A stretch of DNA of 63,986 nucleotides, filler included, from Phoronis australis (lineage: Eukaryota; Animalia; Phoronida): the NCBI GenBank assembly GCA_002633005.1. It is 8 parts of 8 records of this genome, joined end to end, with 100 filler letters (N's around TTAATTAATTAA, not from the genome) between each part and the next. Parts side by side here need not be neighbours in the genome. Positions count along the whole stretch, not along the records: positions 24,150 to 32,621 come from NMRA01000365.1; positions 32,722 to 38,326 come from NMRA01002301.1; 6 more parts are not named here. One strand, 5' to 3'. The first letter of the stretch is position 1. The number at the start of each line of letters is the position of its first letter. Below the pieces are notes generated by a model. The model worked only from the letters and a program-made list of their open reading frames with translations. It did no database searches and was not told the DNA's origin. This document shows, in pieces, positions 24,203-37,435 of the stretch. The translations under genes were made by a program, and so were the position numbers.

Positions 24203-25784
24203 CTATCAATAAACAAAGAACGTGTTAGGAAAATGCCACAACCATTGTCGCTTATAAAAGTACAAGTTTAATAAGCAATTATTCAATCTGCCCATAGATT
24301 GCGATGAAGGATAAAATCACAATTCTAACATACTTGCGTATCTACATGATGCACAACTGTTACAGCTGAACATGTCCTTAAAGACAATCTTGGAGGAATG
24401 TCAATATAATCAATCAGAATTTTAATGTACAACCACAAGTTTACACCTCACCATAGCTTTACCTGCATGAATACAAATCTACACATATGCAAAATAATAT
24501 ACAGAATTTTGCAATCGGCTATAAACCTGTCATCCATCACAAAAAACTTCCGATTTGAATCATTTACTGTTATTAAATTGTCTCCAATTGTTCATTGGTC
24601 AAATTGGACATGATTACAGCAACTGTCAATTCATTATTGCTAGATATCATGGTGTGTCATTTTAAGCTGAGCATGGTCTTGGTGACTAACGAATTGTCAG
24701 TTCTTTGGAAATGGTCTAAACCAAAACCCAACTCCTCTGATATAATGCAGGTTTGCTCTTACTAGTTGCTTTTTGAAGGCTGACTATTAATTTTCACCAG
24801 GTGCAGCTCAAACCATGCTACCATGAAATTCTATTATACTTAGTTTGAAAAATTCCCTAGCCCACCATATTTTGTTTAAAATAGATAGCAAATTACCACA
24901 CGAACTACAGCACTCCCACCATTGTTAATTGTCTTTATGAGTGAAATTTTTCTTTTTGGACGCAACACATTTTAAATTACATTATTTTATAAAAGAAGCA
25001 GAAAAAGTTTAGTGAAAGTAACCTGGCATGAAATTAAAGCAAAAAATCATTTGAAAATTAATTTTTGAATATTGATTTTGCTGATTTGTGACAAGGAGGC
25101 TTTGACAACCTTTTTTGAAATCTGCTGTATCCCAGTTGTCAACGGACAAGCAAACATGTGACCAATATACACTTGTCTTAAGAAAAGGACGTAAAATACA
25201 AAGAATATTAAATTCTTTTTCCAACCACCAAGGATATGTCTTGCACAAACTACGTTTTGCTGAGAGAGTTGGAATGGGGAAATGGGTGGGGAAGAATAAA
25301 AGTAAACAGTGGGAAAAGAGGAAAGACTTAGGGGAAGAACAAGCAGTATGAAAGACGTATAGTAAAGAAGGTAATATGGAGGGTGAGACAGTGAAGGAAG
25401 AGGCGACGAGGGCCACTTCCTGAAACAAAATGTTGTTCTTTCTGATTCTCCACATTTACCCACAATAACCCAGGACAATAGGGCACTCCTCCTATTGGTG
25501 CTGTACTAACCACTATCATACAACAATTCTAGGTCCACCATTAACATGGCAATAAAATTTGACATTTGGAATGCGGACATCGGAAAATTGAAAATCTGCA
25601 TTAGGCGTATTGAATCGTTGAAGAGTGTTAATGGCACCACCTCTCAAAAGTGAATCAATCCTACAAAGCGTTTTTCTACCTCTGCAAATGAGAAGAGTTG
25701 AATTCAGCAAGTGGGAATTTTTTTTGAATGAGGGAGCATGTCAGGAGCAATAAATACAGAGAGGAAATAAAAGAGAGAGGTGAC

Positions 25785-25911
25785 CTTTGAACTAAATTCT
25801 TTCCAGTCATTCTTCTCCTTTTCCTTCTCTTCTTCAAGCTGTTTCATGCGCTCTCTCTTCTTCAGGGCCTTTTTACGCTTATATTCACGCTCAGCGGCAA
25901 GTTTGTCTTTC
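25785..25911 (-). CDS. SMNDC1: SMNDC1/SPF30 exon
   Basis: (K)KDKLAAEREYKRKKALKKRERMKQLEEEKEKEKNDWKEFSSK; cf. human REYKKKKALKKAQRIKELEQERE..W..F. Confidence 0.92.
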
Positions 25912-26854
25912 CTACAACATACCAAGGCAAGCATACCTGTTTGTTTGAACTCTAAACCAATACAGCAACTAGTCATGACAGAAGTAAGATAACCTACACA
26001 ATGTGAAGTACAAAAAATAACAAAACCACCATAGTAAACAGATTACAAGAGATGAATGTTTATCCTGATACACATCTTTCCTAAAACATTGTGGTGGTGT
26101 TTAACTGGGTTCATAATAAATAAATAAATAACAACAGTTCTTTTGATTAAAAACAAAACCTCTTGCTTGTAGAGCTTGTGAAAGTCACAACACCAGAAAA
26201 CCAAGATATGAAACACTAACTTTGTGACAATATGCCATCAATTTATATTTTATTATTGAACTATGAAAAATGTCACAAAGTTGTTATAAAGATATCTTTT
26301 AACAAAACGAACTACAAAACCATACAAAAAGAAACTATATCTGTCCAATCAGTTGAAGTCTCCTGGATATGCAAGACATGTGGCAATGAAGACGTCTTAT
26401 AAAGGCGACCTCCACATGGCCTTACCTTCAGCGACATTGGATGTACGAGTGTCAGACGATACTGTGTCATATCACAAGCAGTTCTGCAAAAACCAGCTAA
26501 AATCCATTACATCCGAATTCTTCTGTGAGGCACCTATGCCTATAGTATGTGCGCATAATTTAAAACATGTCCATAAATATGGATCGTTTTAAGAGTTTTT
26601 ACATAACACTTTTCATTAAATCAATACCTCTGAAGTCTTATAATTTTCATAAAACAATTTGCCTTTGAATGCTTTCTTAATGCTTTCTTTTGTCGAAAAT
26701 GACTTAAAAGCAAAAAGTCGGTCAAATCAATGAAACCAAATAATTAACAGCATGCAATTTCTAAATAGAGATTTTGTAAACTGCCAAACCTCAACCATTG
26801 TTTGCAACTTGTTCTATTTTAATAAGAATTCTCACAAAAAGAACATATACCTAC

Positions 26855-27013
26855 TTTGTAAACTTTTGACTAGATGACTGTCCTTCATTTGTCTTCTTAT
26901 CATCAACTGGTCTCAATGCTGTCACCTGTGATACCTCAGTATCACCGTAACTTGAGAATGTTACAGTACATGACCCATCTTCTAATATTTCATCAACAGT
27001 TGCTTCATAATAC
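26855..27013 (-). CDS. SMNDC1: SMNDC1/SPF30 exon, Tudor domain second half
   Basis: (M)YYEATVDEILEDGSCTVTFSSYGDTEVSQVTALRPVDDKKTNEGQSSSQKFT; AG/GTAGGT sites. Confidence 0.92.
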
Positions 27014-27149
27014 CTACAGAGAATGACAATGAGCTTTTGTAACACCAATTTCTACAAAGAGATAGCACTCGGGAGATTACAAATCTCTGACTCTTCAATC
27101 TAATTAGTTGTAAAAGTGTCACATAGTGCAACAATGATACAACACAAGG

Positions 27150-27512
27150 TACAGGCACACATAACTCACCTTCCATTTAAAGTAGGATTGTGTAGTACTA
27201 ACTCCCATACAACAGCACTGCACTATATACATACCCTCGTCTACTAACTGTGTCCAGCACATATCCCTCACCTTACAGTTATGTGTGTGAATAAGCTAAT
27301 ATACCATTTACCTAGTACATAGTGCATGCTACACATCCCCCACCTCCCAGTTTCGTGTATTTACATAATAGTAACCTGTTTACATCCCCACTGCACCACA
27401 TACTCACATGCCATCCCTACTCCACTGTGGATGACACACATCTCTCACCTCCCAGTTTCGTGTGTTTACATAATAGTAAACTGTTTACATCCCCACTACA
27501 CCACATACTTAC
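27150..27512 (-). repeat. Four degenerate intronic tandem copies (~80-105 bp) of the 3' end of the SMNDC1 Tudor exon and its splice donor
   Basis: AACTGGAAGGTGGGAGATATGTGTC..GGGATGGCAT|GT motif repeated with decreasing identity. Confidence 0.85.
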
Positions 27513-27658
27513 ATGCCATCCCTACTCCACTGTGCCTGACACATATCTCCCACCTTCCAGTTATGTGTGTTGGTGTACACCTGCTCAGACTGGGGCTCCG
27601 TTGTTTCCTCACCATCTGCTGGTTTGTTCATCAGCTCCAGAGTCAGATCCACCACTTC
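27513..27658 (-). CDS. SMNDC1: SMNDC1/SPF30 exon, Tudor domain first half
   Basis: EVVDLTLELMNKPADGEETTEPQSEQVYTNTHNWKVGDMCQAQWSRDG; AACAG acceptor, GTAAGT donor, phase 2. Confidence 0.92.
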
Positions 27659-28277
27659 CTGTTAAGAGAAACATTCTCAAGATCAGTAACATTTCCTTCT
27701 TCATCACCACCCAAAAGCTAAGTTCTCAGTCCCGAGAAACGGAGCTCGAATATTTGCATACCACAACATTCACAGAGAGACCATTCAGGGTATCATGTGT
27801 CAACAAAGCACTGAATGTTGACAGAACTGGCCAACCAAACCCATCCAAATTGGCCTATTTCATAACAATTGTAGGTGACATCTCAACTCCTTAACGGACA
27901 ACAGTACAAACCAAACACTTTCAAGCAAGGCAATTTTCAGACCCACATTCTTTAGAGCTCATCAGCCAATTTCAGAATTTCCATGCTTAGGGAGTACTAA
28001 TGGAGGGGCACATTTACTATTAGTGAAATGATGCTGGTGGCTAATAATTATTTAAGCACTTACTTGACAGCCAATGGCCAACTAATCTATTCTTAAACAT
28101 CATGACAGGAACCTAAAAGTGTGCTTAAGTGATCAGTAAAATTGTGACTATTTATACAAGTTTAGCCTGACAAAGAGTGGGTAAACTTACTACTATAGAT
28201 ACATAACTGTGTTAGTTCATTACCCTTGGCAATCCATAGACATGGGCATAATCCATTTGACTACACCGGGAATATCA

Positions 28278-29507
28278 AACAAGAGCAACGCAGAGCGTTG
28301 AAATGCGCCCACAATTGCACCGCATACGGTATCCTTCTAGGGTTGTTTATTGGTACCATAAAGTGGCCAGTAGAGGGCATATATGTAGTATGTTGTACTT
28401 TGCAAAATGGAAAGGCATGGTCCTTGTCTCCTCAATAGGCTAGGGGCAAAATGTGAGTAATCTTCATAATACAAGCACATCCTATACACCAGTTGCTTAA
28501 AGCACCACAGAAACATAGAATTAAAAACAAATTTACCAACATACGAGATTAGCACAGCATTAGAATGCCAGAAACAAATTTCTACTTGGAACTTTTCNNN
28601 NNNNNNNNNNNNNNNNNNNNNNNNNNNNNNNNNNNNNNNNNNNNNNNNNNNNNNNNNNNNNNNNNNNNNNNNNNNNNNNNNNNNNNNNNNNNNNNNNNNN
28701 NNNNNNNNNNNNNNNNNNNNNNNNNNNNNNNNNNNNNNNNNNNNNNNNNNNNNNNNNNNNNNNNNNNNNNNNNNNNNNNNNNNNNNNNNNNNNNNNNNNN
28801 NNNNNNNNNNNNNNNNNNNNNNNNNNNNNNNNNNNNNNNNNNNNNNNNNNNNNNNNNNNNNNNNNNNNNNNNNNNNNNNNNNNNNNNNNNNNNNNNNNNN
28901 NNNNNNNNNNNNNNNNNNNNNNNNNNNNNNNNNNNNNNNNNNNNNNNNNNNNNNNNNNNNNNNNNNNNNNNNNNNNNNNNNNNNNNNNNNNNNNNNNNNN
29001 NNNNNNNNNNNNNNNNNNNNNNNNNNNNNNNNNNNNNNNNNNNNNNNNNNNNNNNNNNNNNNNNNNNNNNNNNNNNNNNNNNNNNNNNNNNNNNNNNNNN
29101 NNNNNNNNNNNNNNNNNNNNNNNNNNNNNNNNNNNNNNNNNNNNNNNNNNNNNNNNNNNNNNNNNNNNNNNNNNNNNNNNNNNNNNNNNNNNNNNNNNNN
29201 NNNNNNNNNNNNNNNNNNNNNNNNNNNNNNNNNNNNACTTTTGAAGATACAAAGGTAAGCGTAAAAAACTAAAATTGCCACTAGGGGGCACACTGGTAGT
29301 CGGATCCGTCCGAAAGTTCGCACATGCCGTCCCATTCATGAATGGAACATATGTGCCAAATTTCATGAACGTATGTCAAAGGGTTTTGGAGATAGAGCAG
29401 CGGACGCCGGACGCCAGACGCCGGACGGACGCCGCCCGGACGGACGGACGGACGGACAGAGATGACGGCATAATGCGTCCACATATAAATATGTGGGCGC
29501 ATAAAAA
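28278..29507. mobile_element. HINE/DINE-1-like element with both ends visible (middle is a 640-N gap), in SMNDC1 intron
   Basis: Hairpin CAACGC-AGA-GCGTTG 28286-28300; subTIRs ATGCGCCCACA 28303-28313 / TGTGGGCGCAT 29492-29502; extra inverted copy ATGCGTCCACATAT 29473-29486; (GGAC)n. Confidence 0.85.
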
Positions 29508-29615
29508 TTACTAAGTACTGAGTAGATTTATGCATTGATGTCAACTTGATCCTCAACTCCATACTGCAGATTGACTGCAACAGATGCGCATAGAGGTAAA
29601 CAAAAACAACGGTAC

Positions 29616-29681
29616 CTGCAGATCTGTCTTGAGCTTATTGAGTTCTTCATTATCTGGATCTGTTGTGAGCGCAGCTTCCAC
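29616..29681 (-). CDS. SMNDC1: SMNDC1/SPF30 exon
   Basis: VEAALTTDPDNEELNKLKTDLQ; cf. human VEAALSGNGENEDLLKLKKDLQ; AG/GT sites, phase 0. Confidence 0.92.
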
Positions 29682-29902
29682 CTGTAAACAATACACCCTT
29701 CAGTTCAAAGCCATTATACAGTATACAAGCTGATTAAGTTACATTGAACTTGGGAAAGTCACTCTAAGATTCTGTGATCCTCTGAATGACTTGACATGCA
29801 TTTGAGCTAGTTTGAGTTGAAAAACAGTCACCCAGTATCTTAGACATATCCTTAATGGAGATGGTCAAGACTATGTAGGACACACAAGCCAAACATCTAA
29901 TG

Positions 29903-29907
29903 CATGT

Positions 29908-29943
<36 letters not shown>

Positions 29944-29985
29944 GCGTGTGCGCACGCGTGTGTTGTGTTTGCATGTTGTGTGTGT
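29903..29985. repeat. (TG)n microsatellite
   Basis: Direct observation. Confidence 0.9.
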
Positions 29986-30495
29986 CTTAACACTGTAAAA
30001 GTATATATTTTCTCTAAGTATAAGGCCTGTAGAATATTACTTTTGATTGTATACCTGTCTGAAACATGTGACCATGTATTTATAATTAATAATTTCCCTT
30101 GTGTACCATCCGTCATCTTCAAATACTAATTTTAGGTCATCCGACACTGCCAAGAGATGTCATACTTTTAAAATGACTGACACCTAAGATCGGCTTACAA
30201 GAAAATGAACACCTTGAAAAACACGGAATACAATAGGAACTGCCATGGCGAAACTATTCAGAAAATAGTAATATTCAGGATATGAATTTATAGCGTCGGA
30301 TTGTAAACACTGACCCAACACAGTTTTGTACCAAGGCAATTACCCTGATAAAAAGTTAGTAAAACAGTGAATAACATTGAATGAAACACGCTGTGAGTTA
30401 CAATCCACAGAAACCATAACACTGGAGACAACTTAGTCAACATAATTTGAACATATCCATGAAAATCTGTCGAGGTTCCCTCAAGCTTCCCTTAC

Positions 30496-30505
30496 CAGCT
30501 GCCAT
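30496..30505 (-). CDS. Candidate first coding micro-exon of SMNDC1 (MAA+G)
   Basis: CAAAATGGCAGCTG|GTAAGG: good start context and strong donor; link to downstream exons not proven. Confidence 0.4.
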
Positions 30506-30774
30506 TTTGACGAAGTCATGTGACGTCACACCAATTCATAAACAAAAAGTCCCAGGGACACAACTCTTACAACCTCCTCAAGATATCCTCCAGTCATACA
30601 TATTTGCAAGTGCCACACGCTCCACTCAGTCTCTTGTTGCCTAACTCATGTGATGTGGTTGTTGCGCGTCATGAAAAAGTTGATGGAGACCAAAAAGTGG
30701 ACTTGGAATTCTTCACCAAAGTCATCTTAATTCTGTTGACATGCTTCATCGAGATTTTGCAAGAACCAGAAAGG
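30506..30774. promoter_or_regulatory. Candidate bidirectional promoter with CRE/ATF palindrome TGTGACGTCACA (30519-30530)
   Basis: Lies between two divergent ATG+donor micro-exons. Confidence 0.35.
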
Positions 30775-30787
30775 ATGGCTGAGGAAA
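30775..30787 (+). CDS. Candidate first coding micro-exon of an unidentified divergent gene (MAEE+A)
   Basis: AGGATGGCTGAGGAAA|GTAAGT; no further exons identified. Confidence 0.3.
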
Positions 30788-31154
30788 GTAAGTGTTTTTT
30801 AAGAGGCCTGGAACGCGGAAAACAGACTAAACTGTATAATTCAATGTGGTTCTCTACTACTGAAACAGAATTCAACCTGCTCAACAGGTCTTTTTACAGT
30901 TTGTTTGTAAAGATTATGCATTTCTGTTGATATCAAAGCATTTTTCGTTTATTTTCAAATTTCAAAAAACGATATGTCGAGTGCTCATCAGTTCTTTGAT
31001 TTTTCTCCTTCAAGGCAAAGCACAACAGAGGGTCACATGATTCACTGGAAGCACAGCTACAACATTCGTCCGCGAGTACTAGTTGGCATTAGCAGTGCTT
31101 CTTCGGTAGATCATCTGTTTGCCCACTACGCCATTTGTAGTAATAGCTAAGATT

Positions 31155-31225
31155 ACCCGACCATTGAATTGAACCAGAGACCCCCATAAAACCGGCAAGT
31201 GTGCTAACCATTCAGCTAATAGGTA
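31155..31225 (-). mobile_element. tRNA-derived SINE head / tRNA pseudogene
   Basis: A box TAGCTGAATGG and B box GGTTCAATTC at tRNA-like spacing; no intact cloverleaf. Confidence 0.5.
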
Positions 31226-32763
31226 ATTGCCCGTTAGCGAGTGGGTTTGTATGGTACTTTAGTAGTAATTTACAATGCTGGATGTCCTGGATGCATTGAA
31301 AAATGGCCGCACACAAACAAGAGATTTCCAGTCTGTCACTTACACATAGTGTACCTAATTATCGGACGAACCCTAAATATCCGACATTTCCTAAAATCTT
31401 ACTTGAAGCATAATCTGTGAATTAAATGACACCAATTTTTGTTCCGCTGTAATACATTCAATGTCCAGCACAGTCTCGTTTTTTACAGCATTGCTTCGTT
31501 TTGATTTCACCGAGAGAGGGTGCAATTTAGATCCCCAAATCGGCCTAAAATGGACGATCACATAAATCGGTTATAAAAGTTGTAAACAAAATCTTTTTCC
31601 ACAATGAAACCATCTCATTGAACCGACAATATGTCACTGTTCCATTTTTTCATTTGTTCTTCAACTCAAGTCAAACCCCGACCGCCCATGTGCGGGTGTC
31701 ATATCAAGAAGCCAAAGAGATACTAAAAACTACAGTGAGTTTGCACGTGCTTTAGTTGTCAGCACCGATTCATCGAAACGACTTAGCGCCGTCATCAGAT
31801 TTCATATTATGGATAATTTTGTTGCGAATGGACCTGTGTTCTAGCAGCATATATGTCAAAACACTCAAGCTGAAATTTGGCTACAAGGTGCCCGCGGCCA
31901 TTACGTGGTTAGTCAGTTTTCCCCTGTGTGGCGTATGGGGAAACATAGTGTCCGATATTTAGGTTCTCCGAAGGTTTGCTAGTTGTGTTTTTTAAAGATC
32001 AGTCAGAACATAAATGTGGCCTTCGGTGACAAGATATAGTAACAAAACAATTCTATAAAGGTAAGCTTTTATTTCAGCAAAGAATTTACAACAAACCATA
32101 GTATTTTCAATTATATATAATGCAAAATGTGCCAAAAAGTTCGATAATTAGGTCACTTGACTGTATAGCAAGTTTGTGGGCACATTTTTGGAAAGTGAAA
32201 GCTTGATTCAAAATAATCTTAGCGTAGGAGTAAAAAGTGGATTGAGGCATATATCATCCATGTATGATCATTTTGTAGGAGATATGAAGGATTGGATAGG
32301 AACCCGGCAACTAGACTGACGTACGTATGATGTACGTCAACACACACTACTACTTAGGCAATGACCATCGCCTCTGTTGGCCCGAATCAGAGGCGATGTA
32401 GAGGCTATAGGCGCTCTGTACGCCGGAAGCTTTTCGGCGAATTATGCCTCGCACCGACTAAACCATCAAAGCCACGTTGTTATAACTACCTTTTGCGCAT
32501 AGACGAACACCTTAGGAGGTTGTCGATGTGTTTAAGTTCTTCCAACTCGAACAAATACTCCCGTTATGAAACTTTTTCTTCGAGCAGTCCCTATTTCAGT
32601 TCCCAAAATCGTGAAATCAACNNNNNNNNNNNNNNNNNNNNNNNNNNNNNNNNNNNNNNNNNNNNTTAATTAATTAANNNNNNNNNNNNNNNNNNNNNNN
32701 NNNNNNNNNNNNNNNNNNNNNAATGAATGACGTAAAATGTGAAGTCTCCCTTAAATGCATATT

Positions 32764-33652
32764 ATCCGAGGTTGGCTTTTGCCAATGACAGACGAATAAA
32801 TCTGACGATGCTCGTTTGGTGCATCACAAACTCCTATCCAGCTCACTACAGGATTATCAACTTTGAACATGTTCAAACCCAGTTTATTTGCATTAGTAAC
32901 TACGTCTTCATACCAGCACACGACTCTTTTATTGACAACTGCTGGATCTTTGACCGCATACTTGCGCCTGTGGCGACAATATGTTTATGTAAACGTCTTA
33001 TGCAAACTAATTTGAACCGACCTTCACACTAAACCAAGATGAGACCAACTGTGAAGTAATGGGTTAAATTTGACCCTCATCACTTTCGAGATGTCCAACA
33101 TCATTTCACGCAATAAGTAAAAAATCGACTAAAGCTTTATTTCGGCCATTTTTTAAAGCAGATGGCCGGTTTCATGAACGTTTTAAGTTGGATAACAACA
33201 ATGACGTCATATCATCACGTAACGTTAGGCGATGATTGCTGAACAATGCATTGACGTCCTACAACAATCAACCTTAAACAGCGGATATAAATTAAAAAGT
33301 TTTGTACAACCCAGTCTTGGTCTCAAAATTTTGACGTTTCATTTTATTCCACTTATCACTGGTCAGGGTGTCCCTGCAGAGTCAGGGGAGCGTTCAGTAT
33401 CATAGCTGGTGTCTAGAAAAGGAAGGTATCGCCTTGTATTATGAATGAGAACACGTGACTTTTCTCGTCGCCAGACCGGTCTTACGTCTCTAACAGAATC
33501 CAATGCATTTTTGTAACTGTTCAAATGTTCAACGCTCTTGGGATATCATGTGGTGCTCCTCAGTAGGCCTACTCATGGACCCCCCCTGTTATTTACTGTC
33601 AAAATCAATGACCTTCCGTGAGTCACTAGGCATATTGTAAATGTGTTATGCT
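32764..33652 (+). repeat. ~0.9-kb direct repeat, copy 1
   Basis: Near-identical to 37436-38325. Confidence 0.95.
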
Positions 33653-34367
33653 TGCGAACTACACCGCTTTTTTATGCAGGCTTGCACAATAAACTTGTCT
33701 CAGTCTTTTGTAAGTAACTAGACAACGTAAAATGTGAACTCTCCATTAAATGCATTTTGTTGACTGCCATTTTTTAAAAGAAGATCATCGTTTTTACGAC
33801 CAAAAACGCATTTCACGGATTATTGTCGACCGTCATATTTAAATGCCGTAGTTTCGTGTATTAAATAAGAGCCTGGTAAAAATCGTTGCACGTAAGGGAG
33901 CGCCAGGTCTCAAATAAGCGCTGGGTAAGGTAAATCATGGCTCACCAAGCACAAGTCTGACCGCAGTTCACTGTTTTACTAGATAAATGCAAATCAATAC
34001 AACGCGTGAAAGTTTTGCATTGCCATTGCTAAAAATCCCGGGTGACGTCACATGGTTGTTTTAAAACATATACTAATACGCAACAGCCAATCCCACAGTC
34101 GTGTGGATATGACACAAAATGAACCAACCGAGTTGACCTTCAAATTAGTGAGCCATCACCAAATCATTGTTCACATTTTGTTTATGATTTGTATTGGTAA
34201 ACTTGTGATCTGCATCCCAAATAAGGTAAAAATAGGTCATCACGTGCTCTATTCGATTTGATGGACCTTGCTAAAAGGTTACATTCACGCTTGAATGAAT
34301 TTCGTGTTTTCGTGTAAGCATCCTTGACAAAAACTTGTTCCTTAGGTGAAAAGTGATATTGTACGTA

Positions 34368-35340
34368 CGCCCTGATATTTATATGTGCGGGCATTATGCC
34401 GTCATCCCTGTCCGTCCGGCCGACGTCCGGTGCTGTGTCTCCAAAACCCTGACATGTATGTTCATGAAAATTTAGTTACGCTCCTTTTATGAGAGGGGCG
34501 GTATGAGAGAATTTTCGGATGGATCTGACTACCAGTGTGCCCCCCTAGTGGCAATTCCAGTTTTCACGCTTGCCTCTGTACATCTACGGAGTTCCTGAAA
34601 GGATTTTCATGGCATTTGGCGAATATGAATCCACTGGAAAGATCTGGCGTATTTTCCGCCACCTAGACTTTTTTCTGGTTTCGAGTATGTTTCATTCGTC
34701 CAGCCCTCTATTGGCCACACCAAATTGACATGGAACAGTTTGTTCCTACTGCGAAGAGGCCAGTTCACGATGAGTTTCCCACGTGTCCGACTATAGTGTT
34801 TCATGCCATTGGCAGTGTTCTTTTCCATTCATGACTGTATCTCCAAAACCCCATGCAGGATCTTTGTTAAATTTGGCAAGTGTATCTGTATTTAGGTAAC
34901 AACGGAGACCACTACTTCCGGACGGACCCGACTACCGATGACCTCTTTAGTGGCAATTTTTTTTCCGTGTTCCTCTGAATCTTTGGAGTTCCTGTACGGA
35001 TTTTTATGAAATATGGTCTGGTTCCTAGTAAAGAGGCGATGACACTTCCTAATTTTGAAATGGATTTTTTTTAATCTGTTTTGGCTTCCATCTCTCTATC
35101 GGCCAAATCACTTAGAATCTTTATGATAATCAATTGGTGAATGTGTCGCACAAGCAAGAGCGTGACTGGCAATGATATTAACAGTGCTGACTACTCTGGC
35201 ACCCCCTAGTCGCAGTTTGATTTTTTGCATTCGCAACTGTTTGTCTCAAGTCCCTGCAGAATCTTTATGAAAGTTAGGAGGTGTATTTCCATGGACGTCA
35301 CAACGGATGATGACAACCGCTATGCCCTCTAAGTTGTAAT
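34368..35340. mobile_element. Older, diverged HINE copy in opposite orientation
   Basis: GCATTATGCCGTCATCCCTGTCCGTCCG and GTGCCCCCCTAGTGGCAATT are reverse complements of motifs in the other copies. Confidence 0.7.
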
Positions 35341-37435
35341 TTTATTTTTTAACTTGGATGGTTTGTTCCTAGAGGGTAGTATTGAGACACAGCACGTGGT
35401 CTCAAAATATGGATGGTATTTTATCCTGTTTGTCCTTTCAGTCTCTTGACGTTTTGCTTCACAACTCCATACCGGAAGATGTGAGATCGTAGAAAGTACG
35501 AACGAGTATATATAACAAGATGTCTTAAAATAAACAGTCGATCAATTGAGTTTGTTTCATTGAAGGCTACTACCGAACAATTCTAGCATTTAGTTGTTGA
35601 TTTTTCCTTGAGATTTTGTTATTTTGGGTTGTGATAATAGTGTTCCACATCAAATTGTAGAGTGCGATTTAATTTATTAACGAAGAAATATCGTGTCTCC
35701 GATTGTTCCTTTCAACTTATTTTACAACCCCAAGAACAGAGCTGTCTGTGTATATGCAGCTGTGTATAGTGATCTTGAAATTGGCGCCCTCTTAAGGTCA
35801 AAATGCTCATTCTTATGGGACGTTGTTTAATCTGTAATAGAAAAAAAGAATTCGGTGACCCGGTAACTTTTTTCCTTTTTGTTTCATGGAAATTTTAATG
35901 GGCAACAAAATAAAATATGGAAGAAAAATATCATCTGTGTAACTTTTTGTGTAGATGCCAAAAGCGCTAAAATTTGAGGTATTGGAAATCATAAACAAAT
36001 AACATTTTCTTACACCCACGTAAGAAAATCATTATTGCGGGTATTATAATTAAAGTAATCAAAACGTAAAGCTGACATCCTGCAACGAAATTTGTAATTC
36101 GCATTCAAAAAGATTTCAATCACTAATTTCATTTATTTAGAGGTAGCTTATCGGTAACCCACGTAACTTTCACATGTTACCAGATGTGCCTTTGTTTAGG
36201 CGGCTGTACCGGAAAAACTCATTCCTTGGCACCTCATATTTGGCAAATAATATCGATTTATTTAATATAATTAGGCCACCGGTCCCTTTTCACAAAAATA
36301 AACACACTATACAAACACACACGCACACACACACATGTGGTGGTTTAAACAAAACGAAAACACGTGGGAGAGAAAAAACCAAACCATAATTCAACATCTA
36401 TTACAATACATCTCCGTCTCTCTGTAACAGAAACTTGCTACACTGGTTATTATCTCATCAAGCGATCCAAAAACAAGTGACACATCCATTACAGCAACTG
36501 TAATGTGGAATTTTCGTCGAAGGTCCTTATACGAAGGGCATATTTACAAGAAATGGAATTCACTTTTAATAACCCTCATCTCAAAACACGGCATAGTCCC
36601 TCTTTAGGAATGTTAAGGTATCGTCTCATCTCAACCACGTGACTTGCACATCTAAATCGCGCCAGCGTTTTTCTTTGAGAAACTCATTTTAGGTTTGAAA
36701 CATAACGCACTAACACGAGTGTCGTCTGTAACAATCTATATACCAAAGTACAAAATATGAAAACTTAAACACTCAACGCTAAGTTGAAACTGTGTCGAAC
36801 CCTGTTAAATTTATTTGTTGAATTTCTTGTAGGGCATCAATACGGATACTGTCACGGTTGATTGATATTGAAGTTTACTTTTTCAATATTAATAAATGGT
36901 AGAGAAGAAATGTTGTTTTTACGATATTCCTCAATAAGTGGATTTGATATATCCTAACTTGTGAAAAGTAGGGCAGAGACTCCTTAATTAATCCCACTGT
37001 CGTTTTTTAAATGATGCACCCGGCTGGTGCAGCTTTCATGGACCTAAGTTTCATTTGGAATTATATTTCACGTTAAGTGACATTACCGGTGGATAAAATG
37101 ATATTCCAAGATAACTCTAACGTGGACCCGAACTCGCAGCCTCAACGGTCGCTGTTCAGCACTTTTCTTTGGAAACTCACTCGCTAACTGCAACAGTCTC
37201 CACTCGTGATTTCAGCCCTTTCAAAAACTGACAGACAAAGGCGAGATTCAGCGATATGTAATAAATTAACGAGAACACAACGAATTTTGTTGTTTTATAG
37301 CTCTGCTTAAAGCTGATAACATTACGAAATATGTCCCATACGACAATAATCATAAAATGAGTTTTTCAGCCGTGAAATTCACAAATTGTTTTAAAAATGG
37401 AGTTTATGTTTTAACGTTCGAAGTGGAAAGCGCGT

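Noticed and set aside
27322-27894. 190-aa His/Pro-rich plus-strand ORF
   Set aside because: Antisense shadow of the SMNDC1 exon and its tandem duplicates
28337-29366. Long ORFs of 235-332 aa
   Set aside because: Consist mostly of X from the 640-N gap
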